Shown here: positions 1-11,364 of the stretch, one piece after another
Numbering within the stretch: the first letter of the stretch is position 1
How the letters are laid out: every line of letters begins with the position of its first letter
NCBI GenBank assembly: GCA_951406725.2
Contig: OX597839.1
Coordinates: 37,510,001 to 37,574,000, forward strand
Direction: 5' to 3'
DNA from: Octopus vulgaris
Taxonomy: Eukaryota
DNA: 64,000 nt
Position numbers and translations under genes: made by a program
The notes under the pieces: model-generated
What the model was told of the DNA's origin: nothing
The model's database searches: none
The model's input: only the letters and a program-made list of their open reading frames with translations

Positions 1-31
1 CTTGTGTGTGTATGGAGGGGAGAAAATCAAG

Positions 32-187
32 TGTAGTGTTGGCGAATCTCAGGAAGCATGGAAGTTTTGAAGGATGCAGTGCTCCGACAACTGATGCTGG
101 CAGTTTGTTCCATGCTTCGGCAACTCTCAACGTGAAAAAAATGTTTCCTGAAGTCATGGGAGCTGTGCTGTTTTCTGACTTTGTAAA
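32..187 (-). mobile_element. CR1-clade LINE 3' fragment (diverged relative of 2235-3727)
   Basis: [17 protein letters not shown]...EIRQHYT, frameshifted. Confidence 0.85.
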
Positions 188-232
188 TATGAATAATAAG
201 AACACACACACACTCACACAGAAAATACTTAC

Positions 233-377
233 CGTAGTCTTCTGTGTGATTAAAAACTGTCTGACTTCGATGCTCCATCTTACCAGTGGCCCCAGCTCCA
301 GTGTAAATGATGAGGCATCGATTCGTAGACAATTCCCACAGCCGGACCAAGGAGTCTTTACCACTTGACAAGATATA
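233..377 (-). CDS. CSTF1: CSTF1 exon 11 ([48 protein letters not shown]); the gene continues beyond the left edge
   Basis: cag/gtaagt; YILSSGKDS and VFNHTEDY identical to human. Confidence 0.96.
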
Positions 378-559
378 CTGGAACATACAACACAGCAAAT
401 AACAAGTCTTTAATTAAGAGTCAGTGTGTGTGTGCGTGTGTGTGTGTGTGTGCAGCGTGGCCGTGTGGTTAAGAAGCTCAGCTTGCATCCATCTGGTTTC
501 AGGTTCAATCGCATTCCAATGCCTTGTGAGTGAATTTGGTAGACAGAAATTGTGTTAAA

Positions 560-720
560 AGGTGGCAAGCTGGCGCAGAATCATTAGCAAGCTGGGCGAA
601 ATGCTTAGCGGTATTTCGTTTGCTGTTACTACGTTCTGAGTTCAAATTCCGCTGAAGTTGACTTTGCCTTTCATCCTTTCGGGGTCAATAAATTAAGTAC
701 TAGTTATGCGCGGAGGGGGG
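560..720 (+). mobile_element. tRNA-derived SINE family B, partial
   Basis: ggcaagctggc head, gagttcaaattcc B-box, gcctttcatcctttcggggtc body. Confidence 0.8.
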
Positions 721-891
721 GTGGTGATGTAATGGTTATCAGTAACATCCAAAACAGTGACCAAAATCATGCTACATGGAGAAAGACTTGAAACGGATGC
801 TTTCAAGTACCAAAGATCCACTTTGACCAAAGAGATCTTAAAAGGCGATAACAAGATGCAGTTTGGCCTCAGCTGCCAGGACAGAGCTGAA

Positions 892-1521
892 CATCATCAT
901 CCTCATCGTTTAACGTCCGTTTTCCATGCTAGCATGGGTTGGACGGTTCAACTGCAGTCTGGGAAGCCAGAAGGCTGCACCAGGCCCAGTCTGATCTGGC
1001 AGTGTTTCTACGGCTGGATGCCCTTCCTAACGCCAACCACTCCGTGAGTGTAGTGGGTGCTTTTTATATGCCACCTGCACAGGTGCCAAACGAGGTTGGC
1101 AAACGGCCATGATCGGATGGTGCTTTTTACGTGCCACCGGCACAAAGGCCAGATGAGGCTGGCAAACGGCCATGATCGGATGGTGCTTTTTACTTGCCAC
1201 CGGCACAAAGGCCAGACGAGGCTGGCAAACAGCCATGATCAGATGGTGCTTTTTACTTGCCACCGGCACAGAGGCCAGATGAGGCTGGCAAACGGCCATG
1301 ATCGGATGGTGCTTTTTTACGTGCCACCGGCACAGGGGCCAGATGAGGCTGGCAAACGGCCATGATCGGATGGTGCTTTTTTACGTGCCACCGGCACAGG
1401 GGCCAGATGAGGCTTGGCAAACGGCCACGATCGGATGGTGCTTTTTACATGCCACCGGCATATAGGCCACTCGGGGCGGCGCTGGCAACAGCCACGTTCG
1501 GATGGTTCTCTTACATGTCAC
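892..1521 (-). mobile_element. RTE-type non-autonomous element (family C, (GAT)n tail) with about 7 tandem 63-bp units
   Basis: ggttggcgttaggaagggcatcc and ggaaaacggacgttaaacgatga motifs; repeat anchors at 1056, 1119, 1182, 1245, 1308, 1372, 1437. Confidence 0.85.
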
Positions 1522-1811
1522 GTACAGAAAAAAATCAATCCTTTAAGTTTTCCAATGAGAGTTAGAATGTACAGGTCGGAGACCCTGATCCTTTTGTAGG
1601 GTGTGAGAGCTGGATTCTTACAACTGACATGGAGTGAAGGGTCCAGATGTTTCAGCAGAAGGGCTTCACAAGGCTGCTGCTACACATCGCAAACACAGAA
1701 CACAAAATGGACGGCTTTGCCAGGCAGCAAATCAACAAATACACCATCAGACAAGAACCACTCCTTGTACAGGTAAAAAGACAGAGGCTTGCCTGATACA
1801 GTCCTGTATCC

Positions 1812-2037
1812 TATTTCGTTACTACCCACAGGGGCTAAACACAGGGGGGACAAACAAGGACAGACAAACGGATTAAGTCGATTATATCGACCCCAGAGCG
1901 TAACTGGTACTTATTTAATCGACCCCGAAAGGATGAAAGGCAAAGTCGACCTCGGCGGAATTTGAACTCAGAACGTAACAGCAGACGAAATACGGCTACG
2001 CAATTCGCCCGGCGTGCTAACGATTCTGCCAGCTCGC
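1812..2037 (-). mobile_element. tRNA-derived SINE family B, full length
   Basis: Near-identical to the copies at 21266, 24185, 30757 and 33666. Confidence 0.9.
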
Positions 2038-2234
2038 AGCCTTGATCCTGCATCCTGTCATTCTCCCAGTTACTAAAAAACCCCCCAAAAAAACCATCCT
2101 GTTAAGGTGAGAGAAAGCGAGGCAGACAGAGAAAACCCTGGTCTGACAACATCAAGGTCTGGAGAGGTCACGACATAGCGAACCTGCTATGCATGACAGA
2201 CAAAAGAGATCAATGGCAAAGGCTGACTGCAAAA

Positions 2235-3727
2235 CACCAAAACTTCCTTTTACACCAGCTTTCTATTTTCTTCCAGTACTGTCTCAACAATGGTGCTACT
2301 CCGGAGCAGTGGAAAACTGCCAGTGTCATTCCTCTGTTCAAAAAGGGCGACCGCACATCACCTGTCAACTATCGCCCAGTCAGTCTCACTAGCTGTATTG
2401 CAAAACTGATGGAATCGTGTGTCAGAGAAACACTCTGGAACTTCTGGAGCTCTCACAGTCTCATCCGACCCTCACAATATGGATTTGTCCCTAACTCCAG
2501 CTGCAGTGACCAGCTTGTCGAGTTCCTTGAGGACATTACTCAGATTACTGACAGTGGCTCATGGGTGGATGTTGTCTACCTTGACTTTGCTAAGGCTTTC
2601 AACTCTGTGCCACACAAAAGGCTTATGGTGAAACTCTCTGCAATGGGTGTGGGGGATGACCTTTTTAACTGGTTGAAATCCTTCATCCTCAGCCGAAAGG
2701 AGGTAGTCACAGTTCTAGGACAGCACTCTACACCATATGAGATGTCATCGGGTGTACCACAGGGATCTGTCCTTGGTCCCCTCTTGTTTGTGGCATACAT
2801 TAACGACATAGATGCCAATTTAAAGAATGCCACAGTATTGAAATATGCAGACGACATCAAGCTGTACCTTGAAATCAAGAGGACAGATCCTGATGTCTAC
2901 AACTCTTTCCTGCAATCAGACCTAGACACAATGCAGCAATGGATCACAGACTGGCAACTGAAACTGGCTGTGGACAAGTGTACCACCATGCATTTTGGGA
3001 GAAAAACCCTGCGTTCACATACTCCCTCCACAACACTGATATCAAGAAATCCTCTTGTGAGCGTGACCTAGGCATCACTGTCAGCAGTGATTTGCGTTGG
3101 TCAAAGCATATCTCTAAGATTGTCAGGAAGGCCGAGGGTGTCTTGGCATCACTCAGCAGGTCTTTTGTTAGCCGCTCTCCAGCCATCTATTTAAAACTGT
3201 ATACAGCTATGGTACGACCACACTTGGAATTCGCATCATCAGTTTGGAACCCCTATCTTGCACAGAACATTGACCTCCTGGAATCTGTCCAGAGACGTGC
3301 AACCAAACGCATACCCTCCATCAGACACCTACCATATTCTGAGCGCCTTGTTTCCCTGGGCATGGATTCACTGAAGCTCCGGCGTTTGGCGACGGACTTG
3401 GTAAACACCCACAAAGTTATCAACCACCTCACCAACAACAACACTGAACACCTTTTTGATCTCCATGTGTCTAACACACGTGGACATGCCTACAAAGTCA
3501 GAAAACAATACAGCTCCCATGACTTTCGGAAACATTTTTTCACGCTCAGAGTTGCTGAAGCATGGAATAAACTGCCTGCGTCAGTTGTTGACTGCCATGA
3601 CACTGCATCTTTTAAGGCCCTCATGCTTTCCGAAATCCGCCGAAACTACACCTGATTATATATACACTTTAGATGAGTTGTAGTGCACCTGAGCACTGTA
3701 CACAATTATTATTATTATTATTATTAT
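2235..3727 (+). mobile_element. 5'-truncated young CR1-clade LINE with reverse transcriptase, one frameshift near 3005, (ATT)n tail
   Basis: PLFKKG, NYRPVSLTS, YLDFAKAF, GVPQGSVLGP, YADD, VRPHLEF, WNKLP motifs in ORFs 2193-3071 and 2939-3655. Confidence 0.95.
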
Positions 3728-3865
3728 AAAAGCATCTAGAGTGACACCCCAATAACTGACCGCACCAGTTAAGGGAACTTGATAATGTTTTATATATATA
3801 TATATATATTATGGAGATGTACTTGCATAGCAAGTGACCTGATTTGAGATTGTGTGCTGGGACTA

Positions 3866-4153
3866 AAACAATTGCAGCGTGGAAGGTGTTTATAAGCCAT
3901 TTAAAACATACACAAAAACCGTTGGATTCACTTCAACATTTAAGTTTAATTTGCCAAAATATTTTCGTCGCTTTGAGACTGCGACCTGTTCACTAACAAA
4001 CTCCGTGATGCACAGAGTTTTGTCAGTGAACAGGTCGCGGTCTCAAAGCGAGGAAAATATTTTGGGAAATTAAACTTAAATGTTGAAGTGAATCTAACGG
4101 TTTTTGTGTGTGTTTTAAATGGCTTATAAACACCTTCCGCGCTGCAATTGTTT
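3866..4153. repeat. Long palindrome (~135-bp arms) with a hammerhead-like fold in each arm; probable Penelope-like terminal-repeat relic
   Basis: Arms are reverse complements (mirror ORFs 3879-4073 and 3946-4176); flanked by (TA)n. Confidence 0.8.
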
Positions 4154-4495
4154 ATATATATATATTCTTTCTTCATAATGAAGTTGGAGAAAGTTAAAAC
4201 AGCAATTTAGCTATCCTCTGTTTTGTTCAAAACTCACAACCCCTCCCGAGGCTTGCTTGTAATTTCTGGAGAGGCTCAATATAGATTTTACTAAAAGGGA
4301 GATAACTGTTGGGTGCTGTGAAAATGGATCTTGACTAAGTAAAGGGAGATAATTACTTGCCGACGTTCTCAGAGGCTTAAATAACGTAATTATTCGTGTA
4401 TCCACTTAACATCCATTTTCCCACACTAGCATGGGTTGGATGGATGCGTATTCGAGGTAACATTTTACGTCTACCCCTCAATTGCATTTACACAC

Positions 4496-4894
4496 ACTCT
4501 TTTACTCTTTTACTTGTTTCAGTCATTTGACTGCGGCCATGCTGGAACACCGCCTTTAATCGAGCAACTCGACCCCGGGACTTATTCTTTTGTAAGCCCA
4601 GTACTTATTCTATCGGTCTCTTTTGCCGAACCGCTAAGTGACAGGGACATAAACACACCAGCATCGGTTGTCAAGCAATGCTAGGGGGACAAACACAGAC
4701 ACACAAACACACATATATATATACATATATACGACGGGCTTCTTTCAGTTTCTGTCTACCAAATCCACTCTAAAGGCATTGGGCAGCCCGAGGCTATAGT
4801 AGAAGACACTTGCCCAAGGTGTCACGCAGTGGGACTGTACCTGGAACCATGTGGTTTGTAAGCAAGCTACTTACCACACAGCCACTCCTGCGCC
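4496..4894 (-). mobile_element. tRNA-derived SINE family A, full length
   Basis: A-box tggctgtgtgg, B-box-like ggtacagtccc, ccttgggcaagt core, internal (TA/TG)n, gtaaaagagtaaaagag tail. Confidence 0.92.
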
Positions 4895-5389
4895 ACGTAC
4901 ATATATATAACATTTATTTTTAACTCGGTTTAGTTATCGGACTGCGGCCATACTGAGGCAACACCTTGAAGGGTTTTAAGTCAAACAGATCAACCCTTGC
5001 ACTTGTGTGTTTTGTTGGAAGTCTGAGACTTATTCCATAGTTCTCTTTCGCCCAATCGGCAAATTACGGGGATGTAAACGAACAAACACCGGTTATCAAA
5101 CAGCCGGTATGCATGACAAACGCAGATACAAAGACACACACAAGATGCATTTCCACGTCTACCAAATTCACTCACAAGGCATCAGTTGGTTGTTTGGGAC
5201 TATAGCAGAAGACATTTGTCCAAGATGCCATGCAGTGGGACTGAACCTGAAATTCCGTCATAGCAAAGTGAGCTTCTTAACCACACAGCCATGGCTGTGC
5301 ATATATATACAGACTATACTTATAAAAAATATATTTGTGTATCTGTGTTTGTTTATGTGGTACGTAGGAAATACAGAGAATGGTAATAA

Positions 5390-5790
5390 AGAGAGAGGGA
5401 CAGATGGGGGGGAGGGGGGAGGGGAGGAGGGGAACGGAAGAGAGGAGAAACAAGGAGAGGGGGGAAATGGGAGGGAAGAGGGGAAGGTGAGAGGGAAAGG
5501 GAGATAGGTGAGGAGAGGAGGAGAGAAGGGGGTAGAGGGGGAGGGGAAGAGAGGTGAGAAAAGAGGGGGAGATAAAAGGTGAGAGGAGAAACAAGGGAAG
5601 AGGGAAGAAATGGGAGGGAGGAGAGGGGACAGTGAGAGGGAAGAGGGGAAAATGGGGAGGGAAAAGGGGAAGGGAGAGAGAGGTGAGACAATTGGAGAGA
5701 GGGGGAAAGGAGAGAGGGAAAGGCAAGAGAGGTGAGAAAAAGGGAGAGAGGGGGACAAGGGAAGAGAAAGATGGAAGTGAAAGTAGGAAA
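5390..5790. repeat. Polypurine/polypyrimidine (GA-rich) tract
   Basis: About 400 bp of almost only G/A on +, next to the exon 10 donor. Confidence 0.9.
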
Positions 5791-5804
5791 ACGAACCATC
5801 ATAC

Positions 5805-5960
5805 CTTAGAATTCCTGGAGAATACAGCTGAACACACTTCCTGGCCCTCGTGGGCATGCTTGAATGTGTTGATGCATTTATTACTGACGCCATCCCACAG
5901 TTTGAGGTCCCCGTCTTTAGAACTGGTCACGTACAGGTGAGCGTTGGGACTCCACCTCAC
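5805..5960 (-). CDS. CSTF1: CSTF1 exon 10 ([52 protein letters not shown])
   Basis: cag/gtatga; KLWDGVSN.C and AH.G.EVCS motifs. Confidence 0.96.
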
Positions 5961-6374
5961 CTGAAAGAAAATTGAGGAAAAATACTGAAGAACAGCAACA
6001 AATACCGAAACACAAGGGGTAAAAACAATGCGTCTGTATTATACGCATATGTGTGTGTGTGTGTGTGTGTGTGTGGAAGGGGATAGAATTGAGGGGTCCA
6101 TTAGAAACCCCAACACAACTGAGTGAAAAGGAGAGTGAATTTATGAGTTAGGGCTGGGTTGTGTAGCAAGGAGACAACGTAGCCATGTGATGACTTATAC
6201 AAAAGACAAGATGCATATGCACAGACAGCTCAAAAATAAATAGACACCCTTCCAGTATACAGTTTTTTCCTGTATTTCTTTTGTTTCAGACATGTGACTG
6301 CAGCCATGCTGGAGCACCGCCTTTAGTCGAGCAAATCGACACCAGGACTTATTCCTTGTAAGCCTAGTACTTAC

Positions 6375-6768
6375 GTAGAAGTGGCTGTGTGGTAAGTAGC
6401 TTGCTTACGAACTACATGGTTCCGGGTTCAGTCCCACTGCGTGGCACCTTGGGCAAGTGTCTTCTACTATAGCCTCGGGCCGACCAAAGCCTTGTGAGTG
6501 GATTTGGTAGACGGAAACTGAAAGAAGCCTGTCGTATATATGTATATATATATATGTATGTGTGTGTTTGCGTGTCTGTGTTTGTCCCCCCAACATCGCT
6601 TGACAACCGATGCTGGTGTGTTTACGTCCCCGTAACGTAGCGGTTCGGCAAAAAAGAGACCGATAAAATAAGTACTAGGCTTACAAAGAATAAGTCCTGG
6701 GGTTGATTCGATCGACTAAAGGCGGTGCTCCAGCATGGCCACAGTCACATGACTGAAACAAGTAAAGA
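6375..6768 (+). mobile_element. SINE family A nested in an opposite-strand family A copy (6283-6372 and 6769-6880)
   Basis: The host resumes exactly at gtactta|ttctatcgg. Confidence 0.85.
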
Positions 6769-7196
6769 TTCTATCGGATTCTTCTGATGAACTGCTAAGT
6801 TATAGGGACATAAACACACCAACATCGGTTGTCGAGTGATGGTAGGGAGAGAAACAAACACAGACACATAAACATATGCATATATATATAGCACCAAGCA
6901 TCATCCAAACATGGCTGATGCCAGTGCCCCCTGACTGGCTCCTGTGCCAGTGGCACATAAAAAGCATTATCCGAATGCGATCGATACCAGGGCCTGCCCT
7001 GACTGGCTCCTGTGCCAGTGACACGAAAAATGCACCCACCGCACTCTCGGAGTGGTTGGCACTAGGAAGGGCATCCATTCTGTAGAAACACTGCCAGATC
7101 AGATTGGAGCATAAAACACCTCATATAAAAACCGACACTCCACCCCACCCCACACCGCCGTCCTTCTTCAAAGGATTATGTTATGTAAATGTTTAC

Positions 7197-7276
7197 CGAT
7201 GTCACTGGTCCAACATGTTGGTCAGCTGGATTGCCCGAGACGAAGCACTGGAATGTATTGACGTCATACAGTCGTA
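7197..7276 (-). CDS. CSTF1: CSTF1 exon 9 ([27 protein letters not shown])
   Basis: cag/gtaaac; matches human [20 protein letters not shown]. Confidence 0.95.
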
Positions 7277-7396
7277 CTGTAGGAAGATGAGAAGAAGAAG
7301 GAAAGAACTTGGACAGGTGAGTTTAATTAATTTACTCCAAAGGTAATAACACAATAACAACAGGTAAGGATGGACGTATGTAAACTGATTTAATGA

Positions 7397-8072
7397 GTGT
7401 GTGTGTGTGTGTATAAAACAGGGATTGTGTGTGTAACAGATAGTATGTGTGTATGCGTATATGTGTGTGTTTGTGTGTGTGCATATGTGTGTTCGTGTGT
7501 GCGTATGTGTGTGTTTGTGTGTGTGTGTTTGTGTGTGTACATATATGTGTGTTTGTGTGTGCGTATGTGTGTGTTTGTGTGTGCGTATGTGTGTGTTTGT
7601 GCGTGTGCATATATGTGTGTTTGTGTGTATGTGTTTGTGTGCAATAGATAGTCTGTGTATGTGTGTAATAGTATGTGTGGGTGTATGTGTTTGTGTGTGC
7701 AATAGATAGTATATATGTGTGTATGTGTTTGTGTGTGTGCAATAGATAGTGTGTGTGTGTGTGTGTAATAGTGTGTGTATATGTGTTTGTGTGCAATAGA
7801 TAGTATGTGTGTGTGTGTGTTTATGTGAGTGTGGGTGAGTGGATATATAAAAGTGAGTTTGTGCATGTATGTAATAATGTGTGTGTATGTGTGTGATGTG
7901 CATGTCTATTTAATATAGTGTATATGTATGTGTGTGAGTAAGAGACAGTGAAAGTGTGTGTGTGTATGTGTGTGTTTGACAGTGATACTGTGTATGTGTA
8001 TGTAATAGATGGTGACTGTGCTCAATATGCATGTTGCATGTGTAACAGACAGTGGTTGTGAGTGTATGTATG

Positions 8073-8105
<33 letters not shown>

Positions 8106-8110
8106 ATACG
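7397..8110. repeat. Complex (TG)n microsatellite/minisatellite
   Basis: TG-rich with recurring gcaatagatagt units. Confidence 0.9.
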
Positions 8111-8262
8111 TATAAAGGAATTTCTAAGACAATATAAAAAGAACTGAATGAAGAGGAGAGAGAGAGAGTTGAATGTTAGTGAAGGAGGGAGTTGTGTTTT
8201 AGGGAAGCAGAAAACGAGGAGAATGTGAGCAGAAGTCTGATGCAAATGATATGAAGAAAATA

Positions 8263-8501
8263 CAGGGTGGCCCAAAAGTAGATTAACAGTTATTCTACTT
8301 TCTCTTTCACATTCATTTATTAACAGTTTAGATCTTAATTACAAAAAAAAAATATGAAACCATTATTCTATGCTAATTGAGTTAATTTTGTCCAAGCTCC
8401 CTTTTCAGTTTGTAAAATAGAAATTTAAATGTGATAAAATGTTTTAAAAGAAATTTGAAGTCCCTATGTGATAACTGTAAACCTAATTTTGGGCCACCCT
8501 G
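8263..8501. mobile_element. Tc1/mariner-type MITE (right half repeated at 10141-10233)
   Basis: TA|CAGGGTGGCCCAAAA ... TTTTGGGCCACCCTG|TA. Confidence 0.85.
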
Positions 8502-8543
8502 TATATATATATACATACACACATATATTTACACAAACACCCC

Positions 8544-8659
<116 letters not shown>

Positions 8660-8761
8660 CAGTCTTTAAGAGAGGCACGTGTCACTGAAAAATTAGAAAA
8701 ACAACAGAAAATGGAGCAAGAAAGGAAGAGACAGCAGAAACACCAGGTCAGTATTTGTTTC

Positions 8762-9096
8762 TCTACCAGCGCCGCCTCGACTGGCTTCGCTGGCACATAA
8801 AAAGCACCATCTGAACGTGGCCGATGCCAGCGCCGCCTTGGCTGGCTTCTGTGCCGGTGGCACGTTAAAAGCACCAACCGATCGTGGCCGATGCCAGACT
8901 CCCCTGGCACCTGTGCGGGTGGCACATAAAAAGCACCCACTACACTCGTGGAGTGGTTGGCGTTAGGAAGGGCATCCAGCTGTAGAAACACTGCCAGATC
9001 AGACTGGAGCCTGGTGTAGCCCCTGTCTTCCCAGACCCCGGTCAAACTGTCCAACCCGTGCTAGCGCGGAAAACGGACGTTAAACGATGATGATGA

Positions 9097-9100
<4 letters not shown>
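8762..9100 (+). mobile_element. Family C RTE-type element
   Basis: About 3 units of the ~63-bp module, body, (GAT)n tail. Confidence 0.85.
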
Positions 9101-9826
<726 letters not shown>

Positions 9827-9946
9827 TAAGTAGGTGAATGAATTATCCTATGTTTATCGTCAGCATGGATTATCGCATGGATTATCGCTGAGGTCACCAT
9901 GTAGGCAATCATCAAAGTTTTAGTTCGTCTTGAGGTTGAGAGAGGC

Positions 9947-10042
9947 TCCTTATCTTTCCTGATGAGAAGATTGCATAATGCACCCTTTATTCCTTCGGAA
10001 TAGGAATGTGCTGTCTTCGAAACATGAGTTGAGAGTAAAGGA
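9947..10042 (+). ncRNA. Type I hammerhead ribozyme (Penelope-type) with extended stem II
   Basis: CTGATGA at 9959-9965, GAAAC at 10019-10023, GTT triplet at 10028-10030; stems I and II pair by eye. Confidence 0.7.
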
Positions 10043-10392
10043 ATTTTGTTAACATCTTCGTTCGACTCCATTCTTTCATTTATTCATATATATATATATA
10101 TATATATATGTAAGATATATATATCTTACATATATATGTATGTAAAATAGTAATTTAAGTGTAATAAAATGTTTTAAAAGAAATTTCAAGTGCCTATGTG
10201 ATAACTGTAACCCTATTTTGGGACCACCCCGTATATTATGAAAGGATATTTTCTGACATCCACACAACCACTGCCATCATCACCAACCCACGCTAGTGAA
10301 TGAGGTGTGAGGAAGGTCGGACAGGTTTACAAAGTCATACAATGTGCATCTTCTGGATGAATCGTATACCGCAAAGATTAAAAGTTACTTAC

Positions 10393-10468
10393 GCACAGGA
10401 TGTTGCGTTCCAACCAATATATACTCTCCGGACGGGTGGAATGACAAACAGCGAACTGGGGCTGATTC
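10393..10468 (-). CDS. CSTF1: CSTF1 exon 8 ([26 protein letters not shown])
   Basis: tag/gtaagt; matches human [16 protein letters not shown]. Confidence 0.95.
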
Positions 10469-10829
10469 CTACATGTGGAGGAAAGAAAGAGAGAGAGAGA
10501 GATAGAGATAGACATTACGGTAAATTACGGGGATGTAAACAAACAAACACCGGTTATCAAACAGCCGGTATGCATGACAAAAACGCGGATACAAAGACAC
10601 ACACAAGATGCATTTCCACGTCTACCAAATTCACTCACAAGACAAATAATCCTGTAAGGATAAAATAGAAAATATTTATGACTCGGGTTGAAATCTCGCT
10701 AAGACTGACTCTGCTGTTCATTCTTTTATCTGGTTGTCCAACATGCTAGAAACAGCAGTCAAATCTCCTTCTAAAATGACACTTCCCCCATCTCAGAAAG
10801 AGAAGGACATATTACTCTTTACTCTCTCT

Positions 10830-11217
10830 CGTTTACTCTTTTACTTGTTTCAGTCATTTGACTGCGGCCATGCTGGAGCACCGCCTTTAATCAAGCAAAT
10901 CGACCCCAGGACTTATTCTTTGGAAGACTAGTACTTATTCTATCGGTCTCTTTTGCCGAACTGCTAAGTTACGGGGACGTAAACATACCATTGGTTGTCA
11001 AGCGACGTTGGGAGGACAAACACAGACACACAAACATATATATATACATATATACGGCGGGTTTCTTTCAGTTTCCGTCTACCAAATCGACTCACAAGTT
11101 TTGGTTGGCCCGCGGCTATAGTAGAAGACAATTGCTCAAGGTGCCACACAGTGGGACTGAACCCAGAACCATGTGGTTGGTAAGCAAGCTACTTACCACA
11201 CAGCCACTCCTGTGTCT
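10830..11217 (-). mobile_element. SINE family A
   Basis: Full head, core and tail. Confidence 0.9.
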
Positions 11218-11364
11218 ATAGATAATATAGTTGTAGATATACACTTTGCCCGCCTGAAATAACGAAGGGTTGATCATGGCTGGATTGCTTTTGAGAGTAG
11301 GTTTGCTTTCAATCAGGTCTGAACCAAGACCAACAACAACAACAAACTACAGCTACCTACATGT

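Larger units (their letters stand above)
727..3783 (+). mobile_element. Old RTE-clade LINE 3' region split by three younger insertions (pieces 727-891, 1530-1810, 2045-2234, 3728-3783)
   Basis: Degenerate GERLET.AFKY, LL.GCESW and GERKRGRQRKPWSDNIK...AKASRVTPQ* motifs in colinear order. Confidence 0.75.

Noticed and set aside
1050-1521. CRISPR-like array (also the 175-bp, 99-bp and 62-bp arrays)
   Set aside because: Head-to-tail units without unique spacers, no cas genes, eukaryotic context
5258-5940. Pro/Ser/Leu-rich and Gly/Glu/Arg-rich ORFs
   Set aside because: Translations of the GA tract; the true exon 10 is in a different frame
7104-7370. Antisense ORF and + strand donor consensus sites overlapping exon 9
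   Set aside because: No homology or partner exons; consistent with chance
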